A stretch of 64,000 nt of DNA from Candidatus Limnocylindrales bacterium. GTDB taxonomy: Bacteria; Chloroflexota; Limnocylindria; Limnocylindrales; CSP1-4. Under the pieces are notes generated by a model. The model saw nothing but the letters and a program-made list of their open reading frames with translations, had not been told where the DNA came from and ran no database searches. Where the stretch lies: the NCBI GenBank assembly GCA_035248345.1, contig DATFHO010000082.1:2410-66409 (forward strand), given 5' to 3'. The position numbers and the translations under genes were made by a program. Below are positions 1 through 9,519 of this stretch, in pieces; the first letter of the stretch is position 1, and each line of letters begins with the position of its first letter.

Positions 1-740
1 CGAAGCACACCGATCCCGTGGGGCTCGCATCCGCGGACGAGCTGGTGGAGGCGTACCGGCGAGCGCTCGAGACGGACCCCGTCGCCTCGTTCGGCGCGAT
101 CGTCGGCGTGAACCGGGTGCTCGACGGCGCGACGGCGCGTGAGATCGCGGCCAACTCGTACGAGGCGGTGATCGCGCCCGGCTTCGACGACTCGGCGCTC
201 GGGATCCTGCGGCAGAAATCTGGGCTCGAGCTGCTCCACGTCCCGCCCGGCCCGACCGACGGCATGCGCGATTACGGGATCGCCCGCCTCGACGTGAAGC
301 GCGTCGGCGGCGGCCTGCTCGTCGAGACGATGGACGAGCTCGCGCTCGACGGCTCGCAGCTCCAGGTCGTCACGAAGCGTCGCCCGACGCTCGAGGAGCT
401 CACGGACCTGCTGTTCGCGTGGCGCGCCGTGCGACACGTCCGCTCGAACGCGATCGTGCTCGCAAAGAACGCGGCGACGGTGGGCATCGGGTCGGGGCAG
501 GCGAGCCGGCAGGTGTCGGTCGAGATTGCGCTCCGCCGCGCGGGCGATCGGGCGCGCCTGTCCGTGATGGCCGCTGACGCCTATTTCCCCTTCCCGGATG
601 GCATCCAGATGGCCGCCCAGGCGGGCGTCACTGCAATCATCCAGCCCGGCGGATCCATCCGCGATGAGATGGCGATCGAGGTCGCGGACCGGCACCATCT
701 GGCAATGGTCTTCACGGGACGAAGGCATTTCCGGCACTGA
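1..740 (+). CDS. purH: Bifunctional AICAR transformylase/IMP cyclohydrolase PurH, C-terminal part (5-prime truncated by window edge)
   Basis: Reading frame is open to the window edge. The sequence is AICARFT-like and ends ...[13 protein letters not shown], a typical PurH C-terminus. Its stop overlaps the glpX start (TGATG). Confidence 0.85.
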   Translation, partial: KHTDPVGLASADELVEAYRRALETDPVASFGAIVGVNRVLDGATAREIAANSYEAVIAPGFDDSALGILRQKSGLELLHVPPGPTDGMRDYGIARLDVKRVGGGLLVETMDELALDGSQLQVVTKRRPTLEELTDLLFAWRAVRHVRSNAIVLAKNAATVGIGSGQASRQVSVEIALRRAGDRARLSVMAADAYFPFPDGIQMAAQAGVTAIIQPGGSIRDEMAIEVADRHHLAMVFTGRRHFRH

Positions 741-1753
741 TGGCTGACTCGACGCCCGCCCCCGAGGAGCGACAAGGCATGGAAAAGCTCCTTGCCCTGG
801 AGATGGTCTACGTCACCGAGATGGCGGCGATCGCCAGCGCGCGCGTCATGGGCCGCGGCGACCGGATGGGCGCCGACAAGCTCGCGACCGAGGCCATGCG
901 CAAGGCGATGGACGAGATCGAGATGGAAGGCACGATCGTCATCGGCGAGGGCGAGCGTGACGAAGCCCCGATGCTGTACATCGGCGAGCAGGTGGGCCTG
1001 GCGGGTGACACGGCGCCGGCGATCGACATCGCGGTCGACCCGTTGGAGGGCACGAACCTCGTCGCCACCGGCTCCGCGAACGCGATCACGGTCCTGGCCG
1101 CCTCGGAGCGCGGCGGACTCGTGCACGCGCCCGACACGTACCTCGAGAAGTTGTGCGTCGGCCCGGGCGCCGCGGGCAAGGTCGACATCACGCTGCCCCC
1201 GGCCGAGAACGTCCGCCTGATCGCCGAGGCGCTGGGCCGGCGCATGCAGGACATCACGGTGATCATCCTCGACCGGCCGCGCCACGCCGACCTGATCGCC
1301 GAGGTTCGTTCCACCGGCGCGCGCATCAAGCTGATCACCGACGGCGACCTTTCCGCGGCGATCTCCTGCGCGGTCCAGGGCACGGGCGTGCACGCCGTCA
1401 TGGGCGTCGGCGGGGCGCCCGAAGGCGTGATCACGGCCGCGGCGCTGCGCTGCCTCGGTGGCGAGATCCAGGCGCGCTTCCGGTATCGCTCCGACGAGGA
1501 GCGGGCGCGCGGCGAGCGGATGGGCCACGGCGACGAGAGCAAGATCTACAGGACGGAGGACCTCGCCTCGGGCGAGCACCTCGTCTTCGCCGCGACGGGC
1601 GTCACCCCCGGCGACCTGCTCGAAGGCGTGCGCTTCTTCGGTGGCGGCGCCCGGACGCACTCGCTGGTGATGGCGTACCAGACGAAGACCGTCCGGTTCG
1701 TCGACACCGTCCACATGTTCGACCGGGAGCGCCCGCCGAGCGTGCGGGTCTAG
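740..1753 (+). CDS. glpX: Fructose-1,6-bisphosphatase class II (GlpX)
   Basis: 337 aa with GlpX-like blocks ([46 protein letters not shown]). Confidence 0.85.
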   Translation: MADSTPAPEERQGMEKLLALEMVYVTEMAAIASARVMGRGDRMGADKLATEAMRKAMDEIEMEGTIVIGEGERDEAPMLYIGEQVGLAGDTAPAIDIAVDPLEGTNLVATGSANAITVLAASERGGLVHAPDTYLEKLCVGPGAAGKVDITLPPAENVRLIAEALGRRMQDITVIILDRPRHADLIAEVRSTGARIKLITDGDLSAAISCAVQGTGVHAVMGVGGAPEGVITAAALRCLGGEIQARFRYRSDEERARGERMGHGDESKIYRTEDLASGEHLVFAATGVTPGDLLEGVRFFGGGARTHSLVMAYQTKTVRFVDTVHMFDRERPPSVRV

Positions 1754-1776
1754 GGGACGGATCGGGCGCGGCGAGG

Positions 1777-2484
1777 ATGGCGACCGAGCGGCGGATCCTC
1801 GCGATGGGCGGCGTCTCGCTCCGCCCCAGCTCCACGGACTGGCCGATGCTCCAGTACCTGCTCGACCTCTCCGGTCAGGCACGCCCGAAGATCTGCATGC
1901 TCGCGACGGCCTCGGGCGAGAACCACGAGATGCTCGCGGTCTTCTACGCCACGTTCGCACGCCACACCGAGGCGACGCACCTCGACCTGTTCGGGCGCAA
2001 CGTCGGCGACGTCGAGGGGTTCCTCGGCGACCAGGACGTGATCTTCGTCGGCGGCGGCAACACCGCGAACATGCTCGCGATCTGGCGCGTCCACGGCGTG
2101 GACAAGGCGCTGAAGTCGGCGTGGGCATCCGGGGTGATCCTCGCCGGCTGGTCGGCCGGCGGGAACTGCTGGTTCGAGGGCTCCGTGACGGACTCGTTCG
2201 GGCTCGGCCTCGATCCGCTCAAGGACGGCATGAAGCTCCTGCCGGGCAGCTTCTGCCCCCATTACGACTCCGAATCGCTGCGGCGGCCGCGCTACGAAGA
2301 GCTCGTCTCCACCGGCGCGCTGCCCGATGGGATTGCGGCTGATGACGGCGTGGGTTGCCTGTATGTCGGTCGCGAGCTGGCGGATGTCGTGGCGTCGCTG
2401 CCGGGCCAGCATGCGTACAAGGTCGAGCGGCGGAAGGGCAACACCGTCGAGGAAACGCAGGTTCGAGCGCGCCTGCTCCGGTGA
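1777..2484 (+). CDS. Peptidase E-like S51 family protein
   Basis: ATG at 1777 lies in frame inside track ORF 1153..2484; the upstream part of that ORF overlaps glpX. Motifs FVGGGNTANML and AGWSAGGNCWF (Ser nucleophile context) fit the S51/dipeptidase E family. Confidence 0.65.
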   Translation: MATERRILAMGGVSLRPSSTDWPMLQYLLDLSGQARPKICMLATASGENHEMLAVFYATFARHTEATHLDLFGRNVGDVEGFLGDQDVIFVGGGNTANMLAIWRVHGVDKALKSAWASGVILAGWSAGGNCWFEGSVTDSFGLGLDPLKDGMKLLPGSFCPHYDSESLRRPRYEELVSTGALPDGIAADDGVGCLYVGRELADVVASLPGQHAYKVERRKGNTVEETQVRARLLR

Positions 2485-2891
2485 GCGCCGAGACCGAGCG
2501 ACTGACGCTGGAACGGTTCCTGCGCGAGCTGCCATCGCTCGACGTGCAGCAGCTGCTCGCGATCAGCGCCGCGCACCAGGGCGCGAGTCGGGAGGGACTG
2601 CAGCGGGCGCGCGCGGCCGCCGGGGATCGAGCGCGCGCGGAAGGCGTGCTCGATGAGCTCCACCAGTTGCACGGCACGATCGTGCAGTGGTCCGCCTCGC
2701 AGGGCAGCCCGAGCAAGATCTTCACGCGCGAAGGTGCGTTCGAGCGTGCCGATGTCGCGATGCTGCACGACGTGCGGGAGCAGGTGCGCCCGGCGCTGCT
2801 CGATGCGGCGACGGCGCTGTTCCTGGAGCAGTGGCTCTCTGCCGCGGACCGCCTCGTGCTGGTCGATCCCGTCGAAAGCGTGATGGCGTAG
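2481..2891 (+). CDS. Hypothetical protein
   Basis: GTG start overlaps the upstream stop (GTGA), and codon usage matches the neighbours. No recognisable motif. Confidence 0.4.
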   Translation: MSAETERLTLERFLRELPSLDVQQLLAISAAHQGASREGLQRARAAAGDRARAEGVLDELHQLHGTIVQWSASQGSPSKIFTREGAFERADVAMLHDVREQVRPALLDAATALFLEQWLSAADRLVLVDPVESVMA

Positions 2892-2901
2892 GGCCGGCGG
2901 G

Positions 2902-4011
2902 CTACCGAAGTCGCTTCGAGTAGCGGCACACCTCCGTCAGCGTGCCGCCGAAGTGCGGCTCGCGCACCGTCTCGATGCGCTCCCAGCCGTTGCGTTCGTA
3001 GAAACGCCGGGCACGCGCGTTCGCGGCAAGGACCGTGAGCAGCGCATGGTCGAAGTCGCGTGCGAGCTCCGCATGGGCGAGGTCCATCAAACGCTGCCCC
3101 ACACCGGAGCCCCACCAGCCCGGCAGCACGTACAGCGTCCGAACCGCGCCCGCTTCGGGATGGTCGCGAAACGACCCGATGTTGAGCAGGCCGACGATCA
3201 GGTCGTCGTCGACCGCGAGCCACGTCCGGTTCTCGGGCAGCGGCAGCACCTCCCGCCACAGGTTCGTGCGCCGCTCGAGGCCGCCCGGGTCGGCCGGTCC
3301 GATGCGCCGGTAGCTCGCCTGCGCCGCGGCCGTGTGCGTCCTGGCCACCTCGTCGGCGTCGTCGCCACGCGCCCGCCGGATCTCGATGTCGCCGCCGCTC
3401 GGGCCGAGCCACGTGCCATGCGGGTCGCTCCAGAACCCGTCCGCTCGGACCGCGTCGGGGCCTTCGGCGGCTGCTCGGCGGCCGCGCGCCGTCTCGACGG
3501 TCTCGTGCCACCCCGGGGGGACGAGGCGCGGGGTGAGATCGGCGAGCGGTGCGAGGACGAACAGCCGATCGCGCATCGACGGGTGCGGAACTTCCAGGAG
3601 TCTCGCCGCGGCCCCGGGGTCGATGGCCGCCGAGGCCGGGATCGCGGCGTCGGGCCGCTGCACTGCCAACCGGGCGCGACCGAAGAGCAGGAGGTCCAGG
3701 TCGAGCTCGCGCGGTCCCCAGCGCTCCCGCTTCCGGCGGCCGAACTCGCGCTCGATTCGCTTGAGGGCGACGAGCAGGTCGATCGCGGCGGCCACGGGAT
3801 CCGGGCCGGCGGGCACGTCGAGCGCCACGACGGCGTTGTGGAAGTCGGGCTGGTCGACGACGCCGACGGGCTTCGTGACGTACAGGCGCGACACGCCGCG
3901 ACGCCGGACGCCGGGCAGGCGGTCGAGGGCCGCGACGGCTTCGGCCAGCGTCGCGCGGGCATCGCCGACGTTCGCTCCGAGCCCGATGTACGCCCGAACC
4001 GTTCGAGCCAC
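2902..4011 (-). CDS. folK: HPPK (2-amino-4-hydroxy-6-hydroxymethyldihydropteridine diphosphokinase) fused to a C-terminal GNAT acetyltransferase domain
   Basis: The N-terminal ~170 aa carry HPPK blocks (AYIGLGANVGD, WGPRELDLDLLLF, VPHPSMRDRLFVLAPLADL). The C-terminal ~160 aa are GNAT-like (GSGVGQRLMDLA, ARRFYERNGWE). Confidence 0.8.
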   Translation of the reverse strand: MARTVRAYIGLGANVGDARATLAEAVAALDRLPGVRRRGVSRLYVTKPVGVVDQPDFHNAVVALDVPAGPDPVAAAIDLLVALKRIEREFGRRKRERWGPRELDLDLLLFGRARLAVQRPDAAIPASAAIDPGAAARLLEVPHPSMRDRLFVLAPLADLTPRLVPPGWHETVETARGRRAAAEGPDAVRADGFWSDPHGTWLGPSGGDIEIRRARGDDADEVARTHTAAAQASYRRIGPADPGGLERRTNLWREVLPLPENRTWLAVDDDLIVGLLNIGSFRDHPEAGAVRTLYVLPGWWGSGVGQRLMDLAHAELARDFDHALLTVLAANARARRFYERNGWERIETVREPHFGGTLTEVCRYSKRLR

Positions 4012-4053
4012 CGATCACCTCGACCGATCGACGGGCCCGGCTACAGTCGCCGC

Positions 4054-5115
4054 GTGCAGCCCGTCGCAGTCCGAATCCTGCACCCGACACCCGCATCGAC
4101 GACGGGGCCGTTCGAACGTGCGCTCATCGACGCACGCACTGCGAACGCGGATCGCGTGGCGGCGCTCTTCCGGGCGGCGGGCGCAACGGATGTCGAGATC
4201 GTCTCCGGGCCGCCCGACGGGCGCTCGTTCGGCGCTCGGTTGCGTGGGCTCGTCGCCGGTCTCCCCGTGGGCGGCGGGCTCGTCGTGCTGGGATCGGGGG
4301 CGATCCCGCTCGCGATGCGCGCCGATGCCGAGGCCCTGCTCGAGGCCGCGGGGAGCGGTCTGCGGTGCGCCGTCGCGAACAACGTCTATTCCGCTGACGT
4401 GGTGGCGATCGGGGCAGCGGCGAATCTCGCCTCCGTGCCGGACCTGCCGAGCGACAACGCCCTCCCGCGCTGGCTCCGCGAAGCGGCCGGCTACGAGGTC
4501 ACCGACCTGCCGCGCCCGCGCCTGCAGCTGGATCTCGATTCGCCGCTCGACGTCATCCTCGCTGACTCGGTCCGAGCCGGCACTCCCACGCTCGAGGGCG
4601 TCGACACGAGCGTCGTCCGGGATCGCTTCGAAGCGATCCGGGGCATCTCGCGGGATCCGCATCGGCAGCTCGTCGTGGCAGGCCGAATCTCCTCCGCCAC
4701 CCTGCGGTGGCTGGAAGCCGGAACGGCGTCGCGCACGCGGGCACTGATCGAGGAGCGCGGGCTCCGCGCGATCGGGCTCGCCACGGGCCAGGCACCGCCG
4801 CGATCCATCCTCGGCATGCTGCTGGACGATCGCGGCCCCGAAGCGGTGGGCGCGATCCTCGAGGAGCTGGGCGACGCTGCCGTCGTCGATTCCCGCGTCC
4901 TCCTGGCCCATCGTCTCGGCGCGGACGAAGCAGCGTGGCCGCCGCCGCATGACCGCTTCGCGTCGGACCTGCTGCTCCCGGATTCGATCGGCGACCCGTG
5001 GCTCCGCGCGCTCACCGCGGGTGCCCGCGCCGCCGCCATCCCGATCCTGCTCGGCGGCCACACGCTCGTCGGGCCGGGCCTCCGGCTCGCGGTCGGTGGG
5101 CGAGGCGGTCGATGA
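4054..5115 (+). CDS. Hypothetical protein (function unknown)
   Basis: GTG at 4054 in frame in track ORF 2953..5115. The upstream part of that ORF is antisense to folK. The stop overlaps the next start (ATGA). Confidence 0.4.
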   Translation: MQPVAVRILHPTPASTTGPFERALIDARTANADRVAALFRAAGATDVEIVSGPPDGRSFGARLRGLVAGLPVGGGLVVLGSGAIPLAMRADAEALLEAAGSGLRCAVANNVYSADVVAIGAAANLASVPDLPSDNALPRWLREAAGYEVTDLPRPRLQLDLDSPLDVILADSVRAGTPTLEGVDTSVVRDRFEAIRGISRDPHRQLVVAGRISSATLRWLEAGTASRTRALIEERGLRAIGLATGQAPPRSILGMLLDDRGPEAVGAILEELGDAAVVDSRVLLAHRLGADEAAWPPPHDRFASDLLLPDSIGDPWLRALTAGARAAAIPILLGGHTLVGPGLRLAVGGRGGR

Positions 5116-6356
5116 GCGACTTCCAGGTCGGCCTTCGGCGGGTCCAGGAGCTCGATCCATCGACGCCGCTGCCGGACAGCGACCCCGACCTCGTCGAGCG
5201 CATCCGCGCCGAGATCGTCCAGACGGGCCCGATGACCTTCGCCCGGTTCATGGAGCTCGCGCTCTACGACCCCGAGCGCGGCTACTACACCCGCGCCGAC
5301 ATCGACCAGGGACCGGGCCGCACCGGCGATTTCCTCACCGCGCCCGAAGGCCACCCGATCTTCGGCTGGTCGATCGCGCGATTCCTCGAGGCCGTGTGGG
5401 CCGCGCTGGACCGGCCGGCGCGTTTCGTGGTCCGCGAGCACGGCGCCGGCACCGGCGCGCTCGCCGCTGGGATCCTCGACGGCCTCCGGCGATCGGGATC
5501 GGCGCTGTTCGAGACGGTCGACTACCAGGCAGTCGATGCCGCGCCGACACGGCGCGCCGCGCTCGAGGCACGACTGCGCGACGCCGGCCTCGCCGACCAC
5601 CTCCGCGCCGCGGATGACGTGCCCGCGCCGGGCGCGTTCATTGCGAATGAGCTGCTGGACGCGCTGCCGGTTCACCGGGTCGAGGGCGGCGGCGACGGCC
5701 GCCTGCTCGAACGATTCGTCACGATCGGTTCAGGGGACGATGCGTTCGTCACCGTCCTGGCGGCGCCGTCCACGCCGGCCCTCGAAGCACGCCTCGCTGC
5801 AGAGGGCGTCGCGCTCGCGCCCGGGCAGCCCGCCGAGATCTGCCTCGCGATCGATGGCTGGATCCGCGACGCCATCGCGCCGCTCGAGCGCGGCGTTGCC
5901 CTGCTCATCGATTACGGGCACCCGGCCCACGAGCTCTACGCGGCACACCGGGGCAGCACGCTTCGCGCGTATCACCGCCATCGGGTCCATGCGGACCCGT
6001 TCGTCGCCATCGGCCGGCAGGACCTGACCGCCCACGTCGATCTCACCGCCGTCGAACGTGCGGCGACCGCTGCCGGCATGCGTCCCGCCGGCCGGACGAC
6101 CCAGGGCCCGTTCCTCGCCGACCTCGGCGCGGGCGAGCTGCTCGTCGGCATGCAGACCGCGTCGGACACGACGTTCGAGCGCTACGCCACTGCGCGCGCC
6201 GCGCTGATGCGGATGCTCGACCCGCGCGCGACGGGCGCCTTCGCCGTGCGCGCATTCGAGCGTGGAATGCCGAGAAATGCCCAGCTTCCGGGGTTCGCCG
6301 CGGGGCCATCCCGCGCACCTTCGGCGAGCGAGGCGACCGCGAGGCCGGATCGGTAG
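5112..6356 (+). CDS. SAM-dependent methyltransferase, MidA/NDUFAF7 (DUF185) family
   Basis: Motifs FMELALYDPERGYY, GDFLTAPE, REHGAGTGALA (SAM GxGxG) and ANELLDALPVH are characteristic of the MidA/NDUFAF7 family. Confidence 0.75.
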   Translation: MSDFQVGLRRVQELDPSTPLPDSDPDLVERIRAEIVQTGPMTFARFMELALYDPERGYYTRADIDQGPGRTGDFLTAPEGHPIFGWSIARFLEAVWAALDRPARFVVREHGAGTGALAAGILDGLRRSGSALFETVDYQAVDAAPTRRAALEARLRDAGLADHLRAADDVPAPGAFIANELLDALPVHRVEGGGDGRLLERFVTIGSGDDAFVTVLAAPSTPALEARLAAEGVALAPGQPAEICLAIDGWIRDAIAPLERGVALLIDYGHPAHELYAAHRGSTLRAYHRHRVHADPFVAIGRQDLTAHVDLTAVERAATAAGMRPAGRTTQGPFLADLGAGELLVGMQTASDTTFERYATARAALMRMLDPRATGAFAVRAFERGMPRNAQLPGFAAGPSRAPSASEATARPDR

Positions 6357-6398
6357 AATGGCCTCGGGCGACGGCCGTCTCCGGACGGTTGGTCGCGA

Positions 6399-6842
6399 AT
6401 GCCACGAAGTCCGACAACGGATCGAGTGCCCGGCGTCCACCCCGGATGGCCGGCACGGAGCGAGGATGGCTTGACCGGGATCTGGTACATCATCGGGTTC
6501 GCCTTCGCCGCCGGATCGTTCACGTTCCTCACGTTCGGCGCGGCATGGCTGCTGTCCCACCGGAATCGCGGCGACGTCCACAAGGGCCTGCCGTACGAGT
6601 CCGGCATCGACACCTACGGTGACACCCACGGCCGCTTCGGGCTGTCGTTCTACATCTACGCCCTGCTGTTTGTCGCGTTCGACATCGAGGTCGTGTTCAT
6701 CTACCTGTGGGCCGTCGTGTTTCGAAACCTGCCGGAGCCGCAGGGGTTCACGACGATGCTCGTGTTCGTGGCGATCCTCCTCTTCGGGCTCGCGTACGCG
6801 TGGCGCAAGGGCGTGCTGAGCTGGCGAGGACCGGGCCGATGA
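6399..6842 (+). CDS. nuoA: NADH-quinone oxidoreductase subunit A
   Basis: Three TM segments with the YESGI and FDIEVVFIYLWA motifs. The start is uncertain (alternative in-frame TTG at 6471). Confidence 0.85.
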   Translation: MPRSPTTDRVPGVHPGWPARSEDGLTGIWYIIGFAFAAGSFTFLTFGAAWLLSHRNRGDVHKGLPYESGIDTYGDTHGRFGLSFYIYALLFVAFDIEVVFIYLWAVVFRNLPEPQGFTTMLVFVAILLFGLAYAWRKGVLSWRGPGR

Positions 6843-7582
6843 CCGACGAGACCCGCAACGACGCGACCAGCGCCCCGATGGGCTCCGACCAGACTGGCAA
6901 CGCGCCGGCTGCACTCGTCGTGCCCGGCGCCCGTGCCGTCTCGGAGCCGCTCGTGGTCCGCAACGACCTCTGGGCGCCCGCCGACCCGACCGCGTACGCC
7001 GCGAACGACCTCCAGGTCGACGTCACGCACCTGGCCGAATTCGGCGCGACGGATGCCGGGCGACATGACGATGCGCGCTGGTCCGGCCTGCTCGAGGTCA
7101 TCCCGACCAAGGCGGACTACGTCCTGGACCTGCTCCGCGCCAACAGCCTGTGGCCGCTGCTCAGCGGCCTCGCGTGCTGCGCGATCGAGATGATGTCCTT
7201 CGCGACATCGAAGAACGACATCGACCGGTGGGGCGCATTCCCGTTCCGCGCCTCCCCGCGCCAGGCCGACGTCCTCATCGTCGCCGGCACGCTCACGACG
7301 AAGATGGCCGGCCCGCTCCTGCGCCTGTGGGAGCAGATGCCGGAGCCGAAGTGGTGCGTCGCGATGGGCGACTGCACGTGCTCCGGCGGCCGCTACAAGC
7401 GCTCGTACTCCACGGTCGAAGGCATCGACCGGATCATGCCCGTCGACGTCTACGTGCCCGGCTGCCCGCCCCGCCCCGAGGGGCTGATCTTCGGGATGAT
7501 GAAGCTCCAGCAGCTGGTCAAGGACCGCCGCGGCCACTGGCCGGAGCGCGCGATCGGCCCCACGGTTCCGGCCGGGGTCTGA
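6839..7582 (+). CDS. nuoB: NADH-quinone oxidoreductase subunit B (with long N-terminal extension)
   Basis: N2-cluster cysteines are present (GLACCAIEMM, GDCTCSGG, VPGCPPRPE). ATGA overlap with nuoA. About 60 extra N-terminal residues if the 6839 start is used. Confidence 0.9.
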   Translation: MTDETRNDATSAPMGSDQTGNAPAALVVPGARAVSEPLVVRNDLWAPADPTAYAANDLQVDVTHLAEFGATDAGRHDDARWSGLLEVIPTKADYVLDLLRANSLWPLLSGLACCAIEMMSFATSKNDIDRWGAFPFRASPRQADVLIVAGTLTTKMAGPLLRLWEQMPEPKWCVAMGDCTCSGGRYKRSYSTVEGIDRIMPVDVYVPGCPPRPEGLIFGMMKLQQLVKDRRGHWPERAIGPTVPAGV

Positions 7583-7583
7583 G

Positions 7584-8129
7584 ATGGATCGAGCCCTGGC
7601 GCGCCGCCTCGAGGCGCGATTCGGCCCTGTGCTCCATGGCCCGGCGCGCCAGCGCCACGACCAGACGGAGATCCGCATCGGTGCGGGCGACGTGGTCGCC
7701 GTGCTCCGAGCGCTCCACGATGAATCGGACCTGGCGTTCGTCATGCTGAGCGACCTCGCCGGCGTCGACACCGGCTCGGAGATGCAGGTCGTCTATCACC
7801 TCTGGAGCGCCACCACGAGCGACTGGCTGCGCGTGATCGCCGAAGGCCTCTCCCGCGACGACCCGCGGGTCCCGTCCGCGACCTACCTCTGGCCGGGCGC
7901 GGAGTGGATGGAGCGCGAGACCTACGACATGTTCGGGATCGTGTTCGAGGGCAACCGCGACCTCCGCCGCATCTACATGCCGGCGGACTACACGAGCTTC
8001 CCGTTGCGCAAGGACTTCTACCTGCCCGACGACAGCGCCCGCTCCCCCGGCGCCGGCGTGCGCCACGTCGAACGGACCCACAGCCCGACCGACGCCGCCC
8101 CCGGCGTCCTTCGCCAGACGCGAGCGTAG
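7584..8129 (+). CDS. nuoC: NADH-quinone oxidoreductase subunit C
   Basis: Motifs WPGAEWMERETYDMFGIVFEGN and DLRRI..P..Y fit the 30 kDa subunit family. Confidence 0.9.
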   Translation: MDRALARRLEARFGPVLHGPARQRHDQTEIRIGAGDVVAVLRALHDESDLAFVMLSDLAGVDTGSEMQVVYHLWSATTSDWLRVIAEGLSRDDPRVPSATYLWPGAEWMERETYDMFGIVFEGNRDLRRIYMPADYTSFPLRKDFYLPDDSARSPGAGVRHVERTHSPTDAAPGVLRQTRA

Positions 8130-8138
8130 CCGAGCACC

Positions 8139-9383
8139 ATGACGATCAACACCGGGCAGCGCCCGACGCCGAAGGGCACGCATCGATCGGCCGACGACCC
8201 GAACGTCCTGCTCCAGGACGACTTCGCGGAGTACGAGCCGATCCCGCCGTACCCCCCGCGCACCGAGCGGGAGGCCGAGTTCTACACGCTCGGCGACGGC
8301 GAGATGTTCCTCAACATGGGCCCCCAGCACCCCTCGACCCACGGCGTGCTCCGGGTCGTCCTCAAGCTCGACGGCGAGACGGTCGTCGACATCGACCCGG
8401 TCCTCGGCTACCTCCACCGCGGCGTCGAGAAGCTGATCGAGAACGCGGACTACCACCAGACGATCAGCCAGATGGACCCGCTCGAGTACATCTCGTCGCT
8501 GTTCATGGAGTGGGCGCCGGTCACGGCGTACGAGCGACTGCTCGACGTCCAGGTCCCCCGTCGCGCCGAGTACATCCGCGTGCTGTCGGGCGAGCTCAAC
8601 CGCATCGCCAGCCACGCGCTCTTCCTCGGCTGGTTCGCCCTCGACCTGGGCGGCCTCACGCCGATCCTGTGGTCGTTCATCGAGCGCGACGAGATCGTCG
8701 AGATGCTCGCCGCGCTCACCGGCCAGCGGATGCTCTTCAACTACTTCCGCATCGGCGGCGTGAACGGTGACCTCAACCACGAGTTCATGAGCCGCCTCGG
8801 CGACTGGATGAGCCGCGCGGTCTCCCAGATCGAGGCCGGCATGGGCCTGCTCAACGAGAACGAGATCTTCACCCGCCGTGCCAGCGGCCTCGGCGTCATC
8901 GATCGCGAGACGGCGCTGCGCTACTGCATGACCGGCCCGAACCTCCGTGCGACGGGCATGGCCTACGACGTCCGCCGCGCCCACCCGTACTCGATCTATC
9001 CCGAGCTCGAGTTCGATGTCCCGACGCGCACCGAGGGCGACTCGCTCTCGCGCTACCTCCTGCGCATGGAGGAGATCAAGCAGAGCGTCCGGATCATCGA
9101 CCAGTGCCTCGAGAAGATGCCCGACGGCCCGATCATGGCCAAGCTCCCCCGCCTGCTCCGGCCGCGCCCGGGTCGCGCGTGGTCGGCGGTCGAGTCGCCG
9201 CGCGGCCTGTTCGGGACCTACGCGATCAGTGACGGGACGGACCAGCCGTTCCGCCTGAAGATCCACGATCCGAGCTTCATCCACCTCCAGGCGGTCGGGG
9301 CCCTCCTGCCCGGCAACCTGCTCGCCGACACCATGGCGATCATGGCGAGCCTCGATCCGGTCATGGGCGGGGTGGATAAATGA
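8139..9383 (+). CDS. nuoD: NADH-quinone oxidoreductase subunit D
   Basis: 414 aa with NMGPQHPSTHGVLRVV, GYLHRGVEKL and a C-terminal ...IMASLDPVMGGVDK, as in the 49 kDa subunit family. Confidence 0.92.
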   Translation: MTINTGQRPTPKGTHRSADDPNVLLQDDFAEYEPIPPYPPRTEREAEFYTLGDGEMFLNMGPQHPSTHGVLRVVLKLDGETVVDIDPVLGYLHRGVEKLIENADYHQTISQMDPLEYISSLFMEWAPVTAYERLLDVQVPRRAEYIRVLSGELNRIASHALFLGWFALDLGGLTPILWSFIERDEIVEMLAALTGQRMLFNYFRIGGVNGDLNHEFMSRLGDWMSRAVSQIEAGMGLLNENEIFTRRASGLGVIDRETALRYCMTGPNLRATGMAYDVRRAHPYSIYPELEFDVPTRTEGDSLSRYLLRMEEIKQSVRIIDQCLEKMPDGPIMAKLPRLLRPRPGRAWSAVESPRGLFGTYAISDGTDQPFRLKIHDPSFIHLQAVGALLPGNLLADTMAIMASLDPVMGGVDK

Positions 9384-9519
9384 TCTCTGGGGCCGTCACT
9401 TGGACGTCCGATCCGGGCGTTGCCGTCTGCGCGCGCTCGCTCACGCACCCTGAGGTGCGCTCGCGATCGTGCTCGTCGGCGCCTTCGGCTCGGCTCGCCC
9501 AAGCGCCGGGGAGCTGCTC

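Noticed and set aside
2953-4053. Upstream two-thirds of the 720-aa plus-strand track ORF 2953..5115
   Set aside because: This part is antisense to the folK-GNAT gene and low-complexity. Only the segment from GTG 4054 was kept as a hypothetical CDS.
581-4096. Long minus-strand ORFs 581..2128 and 2219..4096 (and similar ones such as 7518..9284, 12742..14277, 20194..21993 and 42429..40306-type overlaps)
   Set aside because: They overlap well-supported genes (glpX, S51 peptidase, folK, nuoC/D, NuoG-like, nuoN) in other frames or strands. They are Arg/Pro/Ala-rich low-complexity translations, so GC-driven spurious ORFs.
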